DNA from: Staphylococcus phage vB_StaM_PB50
DNA length: 64,000 bases
Strand: one strand, 5' to 3'
Sequence record: OR770614.1
A program made the translations under genes and the position numbers. Positions 41,255 through 50,488 of this stretch are shown in pieces; position 1 is the first letter of the stretch; each line of letters starts with the position of its first letter. Below the pieces are notes generated by a model. That model searched no databases, was not told the origin of the DNA, and saw only the letters and a program-made list of their open reading frames with translations.

Positions 41255-41385
41255 ATCCGATTCACTCTCCTAGTGTAATTTTTATGAAATACTATTAGCT
41301 AATTAGTACTTCATTTTTATAATATATATTTAAAAATTGATATAAAACGGTAATATAAAATTCATGTAGTTTAAAATATTATGGT

Positions 41386-41398
41386 AACATATTATTAT
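41386..41398 (+). promoter_or_regulatory. AACA-N6-TAT motif upstream of the 41433 gene.
   Basis: AACATATTATTAT lies 35 nt before the ATG. Confidence 0.4.
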
Positions 41399-41432
41399 AA
41401 TAATACAAATAAAACTATCTAGAAAGAAGGTC

Positions 41433-42125
41433 ATGAAATCTATGCAAATGCCAAAAGTAGATAAAAAAGACCTGCCAAAATTAATAGAAACAATAGAGTT
41501 AAATGTAGATGAAACTAAAAAATTTGATATGTACAATACTGAAGACGAAATCAAGTCTGAAGAGACTTTTAATAAATATGTAGAAAAAATAATTAGAAGC
41601 TCATTTGAATATAAATCATTTATTAAAGCTTTGAAAACTGAAATGGATCTAACTAAATGTAAATTTATTCCAGAGGTAGATATAAATGATGATAAAAAGC
41701 TTACTATTGAGATGCATCACTACCCACTTTCATTGTATGACATCGTCTCTAGCTATCGTGAAAAATTAAAAACTAATTATGAATATAAAAAATCATATGA
41801 AAGTTTTACTGTAGCTGAAGATGTTATCAAAATGCATTTTGAAGGTAATATAGGTATTGTACCATTATCATATACTGCACATGAACTAGCTCATAATGGT
41901 GATCTTTTCATTCCATTAAATGAGGAATTTGTTTTTGGTAATTTTGAAGGTCTTTTTAATCAGATTGAGTTAGAAGCTCCTTTAGAAAATAAAATAGAAG
42001 CAGTTAAGAAAATGACTAAGAAATATGAAGAAGATCCTTCTTTATATGAGTCAGAGGTTCTTGATAAAGTTAAAACTGAAATCAAGATGAAGAATGAAGT
42101 TAAACCAAATAAGATAATACAATAA
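41433..42125 (+). CDS. Hypothetical protein (230 aa).
   Basis: SD GAAAGAAGG. Confidence 0.55.
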   Translation: MKSMQMPKVDKKDLPKLIETIELNVDETKKFDMYNTEDEIKSEETFNKYVEKIIRSSFEYKSFIKALKTEMDLTKCKFIPEVDINDDKKLTIEMHHYPLSLYDIVSSYREKLKTNYEYKKSYESFTVAEDVIKMHFEGNIGIVPLSYTAHELAHNGDLFIPLNEEFVFGNFEGLFNQIELEAPLENKIEAVKKMTKKYEEDPSLYESEVLDKVKTEIKMKNEVKPNKIIQ

Positions 42126-42143
42126 AAAAAAAAATAATAAAAT

Positions 42144-42173
42144 TCCTCTAACCTAAATTAATAGGTTAGGGGA
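42144..42173. terminator. Palindromic hairpin family variant (CCTCTAACCTAaattaaTAGGTTAGGGG), bidirectional.
   Basis: Lies between convergent genes. The stem has compensatory substitutions relative to the family consensus. Confidence 0.75.
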
Positions 42174-42184
42174 TATATTTTTAA

Positions 42185-44389
42185 TTATTCAAATATAAAA
42201 TTAGTTGAACCTGTGTCATATACTTTATTTATATAAGTTTTATTTCTATCAATCTTATTTCTTATATAGCTATCATTACTTGTACCTTTTAAGAAAGTCT
42301 TTTCAATAGGTAATTCATTACCTACTTTATACATTCCAAATTTTTCAAATTTATAACACGTATATGAATCAGATTTTACATTAAAAGTTAAACTTGGAAA
42401 TGTCTTTTTAATTTTAATTAAATCTGCGTCTGTATTTAAAAGTGAAATAAAATTATGTGATACATTAGTCTTATTATTAAAAGAAAATGCACAAATAATA
42501 TAACCTTTATAATAAAGAGCGAAGAAGTCAGAATCTTTCCCATAAAAGTCTTCTGTTGAGTGATTTTCAAAGAAATCTTTAAATGTAAAGAATCCCATAG
42601 ATTTAATTTTCACACCGCCATAGTCTAATACAGAATAATCATCTTTAAATAGTAACAATTGATGTAAGAATTTAGCATAATTCTTACCATCAATTCTTTT
42701 AGTTTCATTACGGATATCATCATCAAATAAATTAAGAAGATGGTATCCTTTTTCTTTAAGTTCATTGTATTTCTTAAGTTGATGATACTTAGCATTTATC
42801 TCAGATTTAGTTTCATTAGAATGATATTTAACTCCATTAACTTCAATAGCCAATTTATGTTCTTTACAGAGTATATCAATTTCTTTACCATCTAATAAAT
42901 CTCTATTCTGTCTTTCTATTTCAAAACCTAAATATTTCATTTCATCAGATACTTTTGATTCAGCAATAGATGATTTTCCATTACTACATGATGGACAATT
43001 AATACCTTTTTCTATTAAGTCATTTGCATTTATTTTAAATTCACCATGGTCTTTACATATTACTATTGATCTTTCATATTTATCGCTAGGTCTAAATTTA
43101 CTCATATTGTATTTATCTTTACCATGTTTAATATTTGCAAGTGTTTGATATACTTCAGTCTTTTCTTTTTCAGTATAATCAAAGTTATTAAGATTTTTAA
43201 TCTTAGTATTAAGTGACTTTATACGTTTATACTCTTTTAATTCTTGAACAGAATATTTTCTCTTATCCTTTATTTTTGGTATTGATTCTGGAATTATTTC
43301 TTTTTTATTTTCATTTGATTCTTTAATATTATCCTTAACTTTATCAATATTAAAATTATTAGAAATTTCTCTTTCTATACTTTCTTTCTTCATGTTCTTT
43401 TTAGCTTTTGGTGTTTTCTTTATACCCTTAAGTAATTTCTCAGTTTCTTCTTCACGTTTCTTTTTATTATTTTCTACAATCTTTTCCCAGTCTTTATCTA
43501 TACTAAGTTTTTCTTCTTCACACTTAGGGCAAGCTAATTTCTTATCAAATAACATTTCGTGTATAGATGTTTTAAATTCACCATGTTTTTCACATATAAT
43601 TGGTTGAACATCTTTTTCGTTAATAGGTCTAAATTTAGAAAAATCATAGTTTGTATTATTAGCTTTATTCAGAGCTAAATCATAAATATGACTTTTTTCA
43701 TCTTCTGTATAATCTTTAGTCAACTCTAAAAATAAATCAGGGTCTATGTCTTTTAAATTATTAAAGATATTTTCAGTAGTTGCAACTTCTCCATCTTTTT
43801 TACAACCTGGACAACCATCAAGATTATTCATAAGAAAATTTTTAACTGAACTTTTAAAGCTACCATGTTTTTCACAGATTATATTTTGTTTAGTATTTAT
43901 ACTGTTTGGTTTAAAATTAGATACATCATAAGGAGAATATAGTCCATATTTAGCTATCGTAACATTATAGAAGAATAAATATTTTTCTTCTTTACTTTTA
44001 TTTTTTAAATATCTAACTTTATCTTTCATTTTAGTAGAGCTATTTAAGAAAAATGTATAAGGTTCTAAATATTCATTAGGATCTTCTACCATAGGAGATT
44101 CAAGTCTCTTAGTTCTTTCTTTATTTTTTAAAAATTTCTCAGCGTTAGCTTTATTTTCATTTTCTCCTAATTCAATTATTCTTAAACAACTTTCAAAATA
44201 ATTATCAAACCATTCTTTACTTTTAACGTATTTAATCGTTCTTATTTTAAATTCTTCAGATATTTTTCCTTTATAAGTTACTTTTAATTTATCTTCATTT
44301 ATTTGATAATCTTTATCATTATCTATATTAAATGTATAGTCTTTACCTAATTTTTCTTTAAAGCTTTCTCTTAATTTTTTACCTAACAT
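42185..44389 (-). CDS. 734-aa protein with three tandem zinc-ribbon modules and a C-terminal DUF559/Vsr-like endonuclease motif. Candidate homing or mobile endonuclease.
   Basis: The module CEKHG(E/S)FK-x11-13-CPxC occurs three times (ICEKHGSFKSS...CPGCKK, ICEKHGEFKTS...CPKCEE and ICKDHGEFKIN...CPSCSN), with matching DNA repeats. C-terminal DILCKEHKLAIEVNGVKYH matches the DUF559 pattern D..LIVEVDG..H. Confidence 0.55.
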   Translation of the reverse strand: MLGKKLRESFKEKLGKDYTFNIDNDKDYQINEDKLKVTYKGKISEEFKIRTIKYVKSKEWFDNYFESCLRIIELGENENKANAEKFLKNKERTKRLESPMVEDPNEYLEPYTFFLNSSTKMKDKVRYLKNKSKEEKYLFFYNVTIAKYGLYSPYDVSNFKPNSINTKQNIICEKHGSFKSSVKNFLMNNLDGCPGCKKDGEVATTENIFNNLKDIDPDLFLELTKDYTEDEKSHIYDLALNKANNTNYDFSKFRPINEKDVQPIICEKHGEFKTSIHEMLFDKKLACPKCEEEKLSIDKDWEKIVENNKKKREEETEKLLKGIKKTPKAKKNMKKESIEREISNNFNIDKVKDNIKESNENKKEIIPESIPKIKDKRKYSVQELKEYKRIKSLNTKIKNLNNFDYTEKEKTEVYQTLANIKHGKDKYNMSKFRPSDKYERSIVICKDHGEFKINANDLIEKGINCPSCSNGKSSIAESKVSDEMKYLGFEIERQNRDLLDGKEIDILCKEHKLAIEVNGVKYHSNETKSEINAKYHQLKKYNELKEKGYHLLNLFDDDIRNETKRIDGKNYAKFLHQLLLFKDDYSVLDYGGVKIKSMGFFTFKDFFENHSTEDFYGKDSDFFALYYKGYIICAFSFNNKTNVSHNFISLLNTDADLIKIKKTFPSLTFNVKSDSYTCYKFEKFGMYKVGNELPIEKTFLKGTSNDSYIRNKIDRNKTYINKVYDTGSTNFIFE

Positions 44390-44478
44390 ATCATATTCAT
44401 CTCCATATTATAATATTAAGATTATATTTTAATAATCTCAAATTTATAATATATATTTAAAACGTAAAATAAAAATAA

Positions 44479-44508
44479 TCCCAATATCTATTAAATTAGA
44501 TATTGGGA
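44479..44508. terminator. Palindromic hairpin family variant (TCCCAATATCTAttaaatTAGATATTGGGA).
   Basis: Located between the tRNA island and the start of the 42185..44389 gene. Confidence 0.7.
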
Positions 44509-44521
44509 AATATGTATAAAG

Positions 44522-44575
44522 ATAACCCTAACCTCTTCGACTAATTTTGGAATCAATCTGTAGGTTAGGGTTATA
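44522..44575. other. Long hairpin ATAACCCTAACCT..(28 nt)..AGGTTAGGGTTAT.
   Basis: A 13-bp perfect inverted repeat. Its stem is related to the 42144 terminator variant. Confidence 0.6.
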
Positions 44576-45026
44576 GTTACTTTTACGAGAAAAGTATAAA
44601 GTTGCTTTAATAATTTTTTATATCCCATAAAGCATAAGAAGGATTAAAGAAACCAATATATGCATGGAACATATTAGGAATCTTGTAGCGATTTAATAGT
44701 CTAGTTTTTCTTATATTAGGGACTAAGAAACTAGAAAACCTAAAAAAGTATTAAAGTCAGATATTTATCACAAATTAATGTAAAATAAGTCCTCTTTAAT
44801 ACTTCGATCTAATAACTAAACGTAAATTAGATCTAAGACTGTAATGATTGTTGTGATACATATATTTAATTTGGCAGATTAAATATATGTGCTATTTTTT
44901 TTACAACTAAAGATATGCCTTAACTTTAGTTGAATCTAATAAATTAAGTTTGGCATATTACTTAATTTATATTTTATTCATAGCAGGTCTGCAGCCAAGC
45001 TATAAGGATGATTAATCCTATAGGGT

Positions 45027-45129
45027 TGTTCCTAATGAGATTCGAACTCATAACCTACAGATCCATAAATTATCCTATCCAGGTATAATTCATAAAATCC
45101 GTACACTCTGACCATTGAGCTATAGGAAC
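45027..45129 (-). tRNA. tRNA-like gene (103 nt) with an insertion of about 31 nt in the anticodon arm. Possible intron-containing tRNA or pseudo-tRNA; a UUU (Lys) anticodon only if canonically spliced.
   Basis: On the minus strand: acceptor GTTCCTA/TAGGAAC, D arm GCTC-AATGGTCA-GAGT, T arm ATGAG-TTCGAAT-CTCAT. The anticodon stem TACGG/CTGTA encloses 38 nt instead of 7. Confidence 0.45.
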
Positions 45130-45136
45130 ATAGAAA

Positions 45137-45208
45137 CTGCTCTAGTTTGATTCGAACAAACAACCTCTTGATTAACAGTCAAGCATTCTACCATTGAATT
45201 ATAGAGCA
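45137..45208 (-). tRNA. tRNA-Asn (anticodon GUU).
   Basis: On the minus strand: acceptor TGCTCTA/TAGAGCA (perfect), D arm ATTC-AATGGTA-GAAT, anticodon arm CTTGA-CTGTTAA-TCAAG, variable AGGTT, T arm GTTTG-TTCGAAT-CAAAC. 72 nt with no encoded CCA. Confidence 0.8.
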
Positions 45209-45561
45209 TTAATAAAAAAAAATAAAAGAGTACATTTATCATCTATGCACTCTTTTAAGTAAATAAATATATAATAATATCTATTCATTTTTAATTATAC
45301 GTAAGGAGGCGTATGGATTTCTATTTAAAACCATGACATATTAAAAATAGAAACAAGAAATCAAAGGAACATTTTTAAAGCAACAACAAATGACAAAGTA
45401 AGTTATAATAGAATTTAATCTATTATATTTTTTAGTTAAATCAAAAACTAAAAAAAAAAATCTATAATAATTTGACGAGGATCATTATAGATTTATACTA
45501 TATAGTTAATTAATATTTTTAAATAAAATTTTTTAATAAATAGGAATTTTAGACCAAAAAA

Positions 45562-45631
45562 AGCTTATCCGAGGGATCGAACCCCGGACACATGATGAAA
45601 ATCATTGCTCTACCAACTGAGCTAGATAAAC
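45562..45631 (-). tRNA. tRNA-like gene (70 nt) with a non-canonical anticodon arm. Possible pseudo-tRNA.
   Basis: Canonical acceptor (GTTTATC/GATAAGC with one G-U), D arm GCTC-AGTTGGTA-GAGC and T arm CGGGG-TTCGATC-CCTCG. The anticodon region ATGAT-TTTC-ATCAT gives a 5-bp stem with a 4-nt loop, and no 7-nt loop is possible. The gene is 3 nt short of standard length. Confidence 0.45.
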
Positions 45632-45678
45632 TTTCTTCATTATTATAATATATGTTTATATTTCACTATATTACGCTT

Positions 45679-46074
45679 TTAATAAATATAATCTTCGATA
45701 TCAATTTCATTTTGTTTAATTGTCATATCATGGAAAGACTTCATGGAGCTTGTTACAATTGCTTGAGCTACCTGATTGACTAATAAACCAATATTTTCAA
45801 TACCTAATTTGTAAGGTAATTCTCCTGCACATTTACTACAAATATCTTCACTCGCACAATACATAGGACTTCTGAAGTTCAATACTTTCTCAATATACTC
45901 ATCTACATTTTCAGGAGTTAATAATATTAATTGACCTTTTCTTCCTGAAGTATTTTCAAAATATCTATAAAGTAAAAGACTTGCATTATCTTTAGTTAAA
46001 GTTAATTTTAATGTATGTTTTGTTCTACAATCAGAACCTTGTTTATCTAATACAGTTGTTTGGAAAGCGGACAT
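45679..46074 (-). CDS. RNA polymerase beta-prime fragment (trigger-loop/region G segment). Downstream piece of a split or interrupted beta-prime C-terminal gene.
   Basis: RSPMYCASEDICSKCAGELPYKLGIENIGLLVNQVAQAIVTSSMKSFHD aligns with E. coli beta-prime [54 protein letters not shown]. SDCRT aligns with DCGT. There is no SD before its ATG. Confidence 0.7.
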   Translation of the reverse strand: MSAFQTTVLDKQGSDCRTKHTLKLTLTKDNASLLLYRYFENTSGRKGQLILLTPENVDEYIEKVLNFRSPMYCASEDICSKCAGELPYKLGIENIGLLVNQVAQAIVTSSMKSFHDMTIKQNEIDIEDYIY

Positions 46075-46115
46075 AAGTTTTTTAGCTTGATCATTTTATT
46101 ATCTATATTTTACTA

Positions 46116-46215
46116 TAGATTAGACTATATCTTATGAATTTAATCATTTCTATATTTAGTCGTTGGACAACTTTATTAAGTTGATGCTAGTTAGTTTTAA
46201 CATTCTAGCAATTAA
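46116..46215 (-). other. Conserved structured intervening element, copy 3 (IVS3), between the two beta-prime ORF fragments. Intron-like or recoding element.
   Basis: The minus strand reads TTAATTGCTAG..CTAGCATC, the hairpin CAACTTaataAAGTTG, TCCAACGACTAAATA, a hairpin, then GATATAGTCTAATCTA. It shares blocks with the two copies in the beta gene, with compensatory stem changes. Confidence 0.6.
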
Positions 46216-46239
46216 TAGAATTTATTGTGAGCATCTAAT

Positions 46240-47055
46240 TTACCCACCTTCTTGAGTACCTAAAGCACGTCCAGCTGAACCAGCTGTCATAATATCACCA
46301 AACATATATAATTCTTCTGGATCAATTCCATCAGCTAAAGAACTCTTAGCAATACGTATTTTACTAGGATCAGCAAAATTTTTATTTGCTCCACGAATAA
46401 GAGCTGTTAATTTAAAGTTATTTTCAAAACTACCTCTTGATTTACTATCATAAATATCAAGATCTGCTAAACCTTCTAATTCTTCCTTACTTAACTTAAT
46501 TAATTCTTCTTCAATAGCACTAATAGCATTCAATTCTTCACCAGGAGTATTTAATGCTTTACCGTATTTCTCTAGTAATTCTTCTTTCTTTTGTTTAACT
46601 TTATCTGGAGCAACCATCATTGTAGTTGTTAAGCTAGAATTAATAAATCCTGCTATAGAGAAACCAAGCCATTGAAGTTTATCAATATACATATTCATAT
46701 CTTTAGTTGTAATAACGTCATTAAGTAATAAACTAGATAGTTCAGATTGTAGATTTCCTACACCTGATCCTCCCATATCTTTATTCATATATCCTATAAT
46801 AGGTCCTATTTTATTGTCTAATATAAATTTATTAAATATATATCTTCCAACTGTTGTTCTTTCATCTTTACTATTATAAACTAAATCTTTTTTAAGTTTA
46901 AATCTATCGCTAGGGTTAAACATTGGTTGTGTATTTTGTCTAAATGCAAATAATTCTTTAAGTTTATCAAGAGTAATATCTTCTTTTTTTATACTTAATA
47001 AAGTTGATATTTCTTTCTCAGATAAATCTTTTTTATCATAAGTCATATTAACCAA
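46240..47055 (-). CDS. RNA polymerase beta-prime C-terminal-half fragment (bridge-helix region).
   Basis: RGANKNFADPSKIRIAKSSLADGI...DIMTAGSAGRALGTQEGG aligns with the beta-prime bridge helix [26 protein letters not shown]. TTG start after SD GAAAGAAGTGA. An AACA-N6-TAT motif at 47088-47100 (minus) lies upstream. Confidence 0.65.
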   Translation of the reverse strand: MVNMTYDKKDLSEKEISTLLSIKKEDITLDKLKELFAFRQNTQPMFNPSDRFKLKKDLVYNSKDERTTVGRYIFNKFILDNKIGPIIGYMNKDMGGSGVGNLQSELSSLLLNDVITTKDMNMYIDKLQWLGFSIAGFINSSLTTTMMVAPDKVKQKKEELLEKYGKALNTPGEELNAISAIEEELIKLSKEELEGLADLDIYDSKSRGSFENNFKLTALIRGANKNFADPSKIRIAKSSLADGIDPEELYMFGDIMTAGSAGRALGTQEGG

Positions 47056-47371
47056 TTTAATTTCACTTCTTTCATATATTATTTGTAATATTTGAATGTT
47101 ATCATCAATTTTATATTTTTGTAATTTATAAAATTATCTCATAAAAAATTTGAAAACCTCCGGAATATTATATTTATATAATAATATAATTATTATAATA
47201 TATTAAAATATAAAATATTTTAATATATAAAAAATATAATATTAGAGGGGGTATATTTAGATTTTGATATAATCAAAATCTAATAAATTATTTCTCCTTA
47301 AATTACATAAAAAAGATAAAGAAAACAAGTACATATATAAAATTTATTAAATGAAAGGAATTGAATAATAA
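47056..47371. promoter_or_regulatory. Divergent control region between the beta-prime (minus) and beta (plus) genes.
   Basis: Contains a roughly 75-nt pure A/T tract (47180-47250), a perfect palindrome AGATTTTGATataaTCAAAATCT (47259-47281), and AACA-N6-TAT motifs facing each gene (47088-47100 on minus, 47324-47336 on plus). Confidence 0.5.
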
Positions 47372-50300
47372 GTGAAGTATCTTAATAGATTAAAGAATTT
47401 AAAATTCTATTCAATTTCAGGATATAAGATTAAAGCTATAGATGAAAATATTAAGGATCAAAAGAAAAACCAATTAATAATTTATAAAGGTTTTAAAGAA
47501 AATTCATTTATAGAATTCTTAAATAGTGGTATATTATATTATCAAAATTTCAAGAATATTTATACTCCTAGAATATATAGAACATCAAATAGAAAATCAA
47601 GATTAATTACTAATATTTCAGATTACCAACAAGAAATTAAAAGTAAATCAATCAAATCTTATAGAGTAGAAAGAAATGAGAAATTATTTAAAGGTAGAAA
47701 TTATATAGTTGATTCAAGTAAATTTATCAATCTTGAAAATAAATCTTTAATGACTAAGAATTTTAAAACTGTATTAGATTCAATTAAAAATACTTATAAT
47801 AATTTAAATAATCCAGAAGAATATGAAAATTTATTATATGTAATTAATGTAGATGGATACAATAAATCTTCTCAAGAAGCTATTAGACCAAATACAAAAG
47901 ATTTTATGTCAAGTTTATTTATGATGATTAAGAATCAGGAAGAATTACCTCACAAAGAAAATCAAAATGTAGTAGCTTTATTTGTTTCTATTGAGAACGG
48001 TATAATGTTCAAATTTGATTTTAAAGATTATAATAAATTGAATAATAGATTAAGACAAAGGTTAAGAAGAGCTATTGATTTAAATACTCAACAAATGGAT
48101 ACAGATGAAATTTCTAATGTTGAAGATGATGATAATACAGAAGCTATAGATTCAACTATTAAAAAGAAATCATTTAACAATGTTAAAGATATTGATCCAA
48201 TTGAATTACAAGATAATAATAAAGATGAAATTAATCAAAACATTGAAGATTCTAAGATGGAAAAAATATCTAAGAAAATAGATGATACATTAAGATATAT
48301 CAAATCTAATGATAATATTGATATGGATATTAATGATGAGTATAATATTGCAATGATAATTGAAAAAGAATTAAATGATAATAATGATCTTATTGATATT
48401 GATGAAGATACATTATATAATGATGTACTTGATAAGAATGATTCATTTAAATCAATTAAAAGAGATATTAAAAATAAATCATATATTGGAGACACTGCAT
48501 TAAAGAATTCTAAAAAGATATTATCATTATCTAAAAATCAAGATGAATATCTTGAAAAATTAGAAGATTTTAGTTTCTCTGAAGATAGTGTTATTGATAG
48601 AGAGATTAATGAAAATGTTAATAGTATTAATGATGAAGCAATCAACAATGTATCTTCGAATGATTTTGACTTATCTTATATGAAAAAGACATTTAATAAA
48701 GACTTTGTAAATATCATGAAGAGTTTTAATGATAAAGAAGAAATACCTGTATTCATTAGCAAAATGAATGTAGAAGATAATTCAGATTCTCAATCATTAA
48801 AAAATACTGTAAAAGTCCAATTTAAGAGTCCTGATGGGATTAATCATAATGTAAAATTTGATGTACCTAAAATTATTGATGGTAAATATTTAAAATTAAA
48901 TGGTGGTAAAAAGGTACTAACTAAACAATTAATGATGTATCCTATTGTTAAATATAGACCAGATACAGTTTGGATTACAACTAACTATAATAAATTCATC
49001 ATTGAAAAATTTGGTAGCAAAGAAAATTCTGAAACTGAATGGCTTAAAAAAGTTATTGAAGATAAACAAGTACTAGAATACATTAAAGATAAAAATGATA
49101 TTAGTATTCAAAAAGGTAATTCATCTTTAATTAATAAAGAATATTTAACTTCTGTGTTGTATAATAATTTATCTAAAAATATATTAAGATTCTCTAAAGA
49201 TGATTTAATAATTGATTTTAATCAAAGAAATCTTAAAAAAGTTATTTCAGAAAGTAAAACTTTAAGTGAGATTGATTACGATAAAGATAAATACTATCCT
49301 ATCGGTTATAATTCAAACAAATCTAAATTAATATTGTCAAATACTACAGAATCTATTATTTTTAAAGCTACTAAAAGTAATATAGAATCCATGAATATTA
49401 ATATCACAGATTATATTATTGAACAACTTGAAGATAATATTGATTTTAGTCTAATAGATAAAAAATTCAGTAAAAATATTCAAGCTAGTAAAACAATGGC
49501 ATTCTCTCGTGTTAAAATTACTAATAAATTAATCCCTACAATAGTGTTATTAGGTTTCTATAAAGGTTTAACTAGTATTCTTGATCTCTATGAAGTTGAT
49601 TATAAGTTTGTTAAGGAAAATGAAAGAATAACTATTAAAGATAAAAAGAATAAAATTAAATTCCAAGATGGTTATCTTATTTATTCAACAGATAAATTAA
49701 GATATGATTTATTATTATCAGGATTAAATACTATTCCTACTTCACAATATGACTTTGAAGAATTTAATAGTGAAACACCTTACTTAGAATACTTTAATGA
49801 TAAGTTCTATAGTCGTAATGTTGGTAAAGGTATTAAAAATGCATTAGATTTAGCAATGGATCCTATTACAGAAGATGTATTAAGAGATTTAAAATTACCT
49901 GAAACTATGGTAGAATTATTACTCTTAGCTAATACCATGCTAGAAGATGTAACTGCTAGAGAACACAATGACATGGGAATATATCGTGTACGTGGTCCAG
50001 AACAAGTTAATGCTTTAATATATAAAATGATTGCAAATGCATATAAAGAATATTCAGACTCTTACAATAATAAGAATCCTAAGAATATTTCTGTTAAGCA
50101 AGACCAATTAATCAAAACTATAATGGAACAACCTACTGTAGATGAAGTATCTGATCTTAATCCATCTTTAGAGATTGATAAGATGACTTCTGTTACATTT
50201 AAAGGTCCAGCAGGACGTAATAATGAACAATCATATGAACCTGACATTCGTTCATACAGTGAAAGTATGCAAGGTGTATTAGGAATATCTAGTCCTGATT

Positions 50301-50488
50301 CTAATAAAATTGGGGTAGTTAGACAGCTTTCATATAATTCACTAATTAAATCTACTAGAGGTTATACAGATGGTGGTAAAAAAGATGCTAATGACACATC
50401 TCTATATACTCCATTAGAACTACTTAACCCATATTCTAGTAGACATGCCGATGATCAAACATGGATAGTCGGCTTAAAAACTATTTAA
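47372..50488 (+). CDS. RNA polymerase beta subunit, N-terminal fragment (1038 aa). Piece 1 of 3 of a split or interrupted gene.
   Basis: The C-terminal region LGISSPDSNKIGVVRQLSYNSLIKSTRGY matches bacterial beta region D [31 protein letters not shown] corresponds to HDDANR. GTG start after GAAAGGAA. Confidence 0.7.
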   Translation: MKYLNRLKNLKFYSISGYKIKAIDENIKDQKKNQLIIYKGFKENSFIEFLNSGILYYQNFKNIYTPRIYRTSNRKSRLITNISDYQQEIKSKSIKSYRVERNEKLFKGRNYIVDSSKFINLENKSLMTKNFKTVLDSIKNTYNNLNNPEEYENLLYVINVDGYNKSSQEAIRPNTKDFMSSLFMMIKNQEELPHKENQNVVALFVSIENGIMFKFDFKDYNKLNNRLRQRLRRAIDLNTQQMDTDEISNVEDDDNTEAIDSTIKKKSFNNVKDIDPIELQDNNKDEINQNIEDSKMEKISKKIDDTLRYIKSNDNIDMDINDEYNIAMIIEKELNDNNDLIDIDEDTLYNDVLDKNDSFKSIKRDIKNKSYIGDTALKNSKKILSLSKNQDEYLEKLEDFSFSEDSVIDREINENVNSINDEAINNVSSNDFDLSYMKKTFNKDFVNIMKSFNDKEEIPVFISKMNVEDNSDSQSLKNTVKVQFKSPDGINHNVKFDVPKIIDGKYLKLNGGKKVLTKQLMMYPIVKYRPDTVWITTNYNKFIIEKFGSKENSETEWLKKVIEDKQVLEYIKDKNDISIQKGNSSLINKEYLTSVLYNNLSKNILRFSKDDLIIDFNQRNLKKVISESKTLSEIDYDKDKYYPIGYNSNKSKLILSNTTESIIFKATKSNIESMNINITDYIIEQLEDNIDFSLIDKKFSKNIQASKTMAFSRVKITNKLIPTIVLLGFYKGLTSILDLYEVDYKFVKENERITIKDKKNKIKFQDGYLIYSTDKLRYDLLLSGLNTIPTSQYDFEEFNSETPYLEYFNDKFYSRNVGKGIKNALDLAMDPITEDVLRDLKLPETMVELLLLANTMLEDVTAREHNDMGIYRVRGPEQVNALIYKMIANAYKEYSDSYNNKNPKNISVKQDQLIKTIMEQPTVDEVSDLNPSLEIDKMTSVTFKGPAGRNNEQSYEPDIRSYSESMQGVLGISSPDSNKIGVVRQLSYNSLIKSTRGYTDGGKKDANDTSLYTPLELLNPYSSRHADDQTWIVGLKTI

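Noticed and set aside
45027-45631. Whether the tRNA genes mark a prophage integration site (attP or attB with an integrase).
   Set aside because: No integrase, recombinase, transposase or repressor-like gene was recognised in the window. The gene content is that of a virulent jumbo phage.
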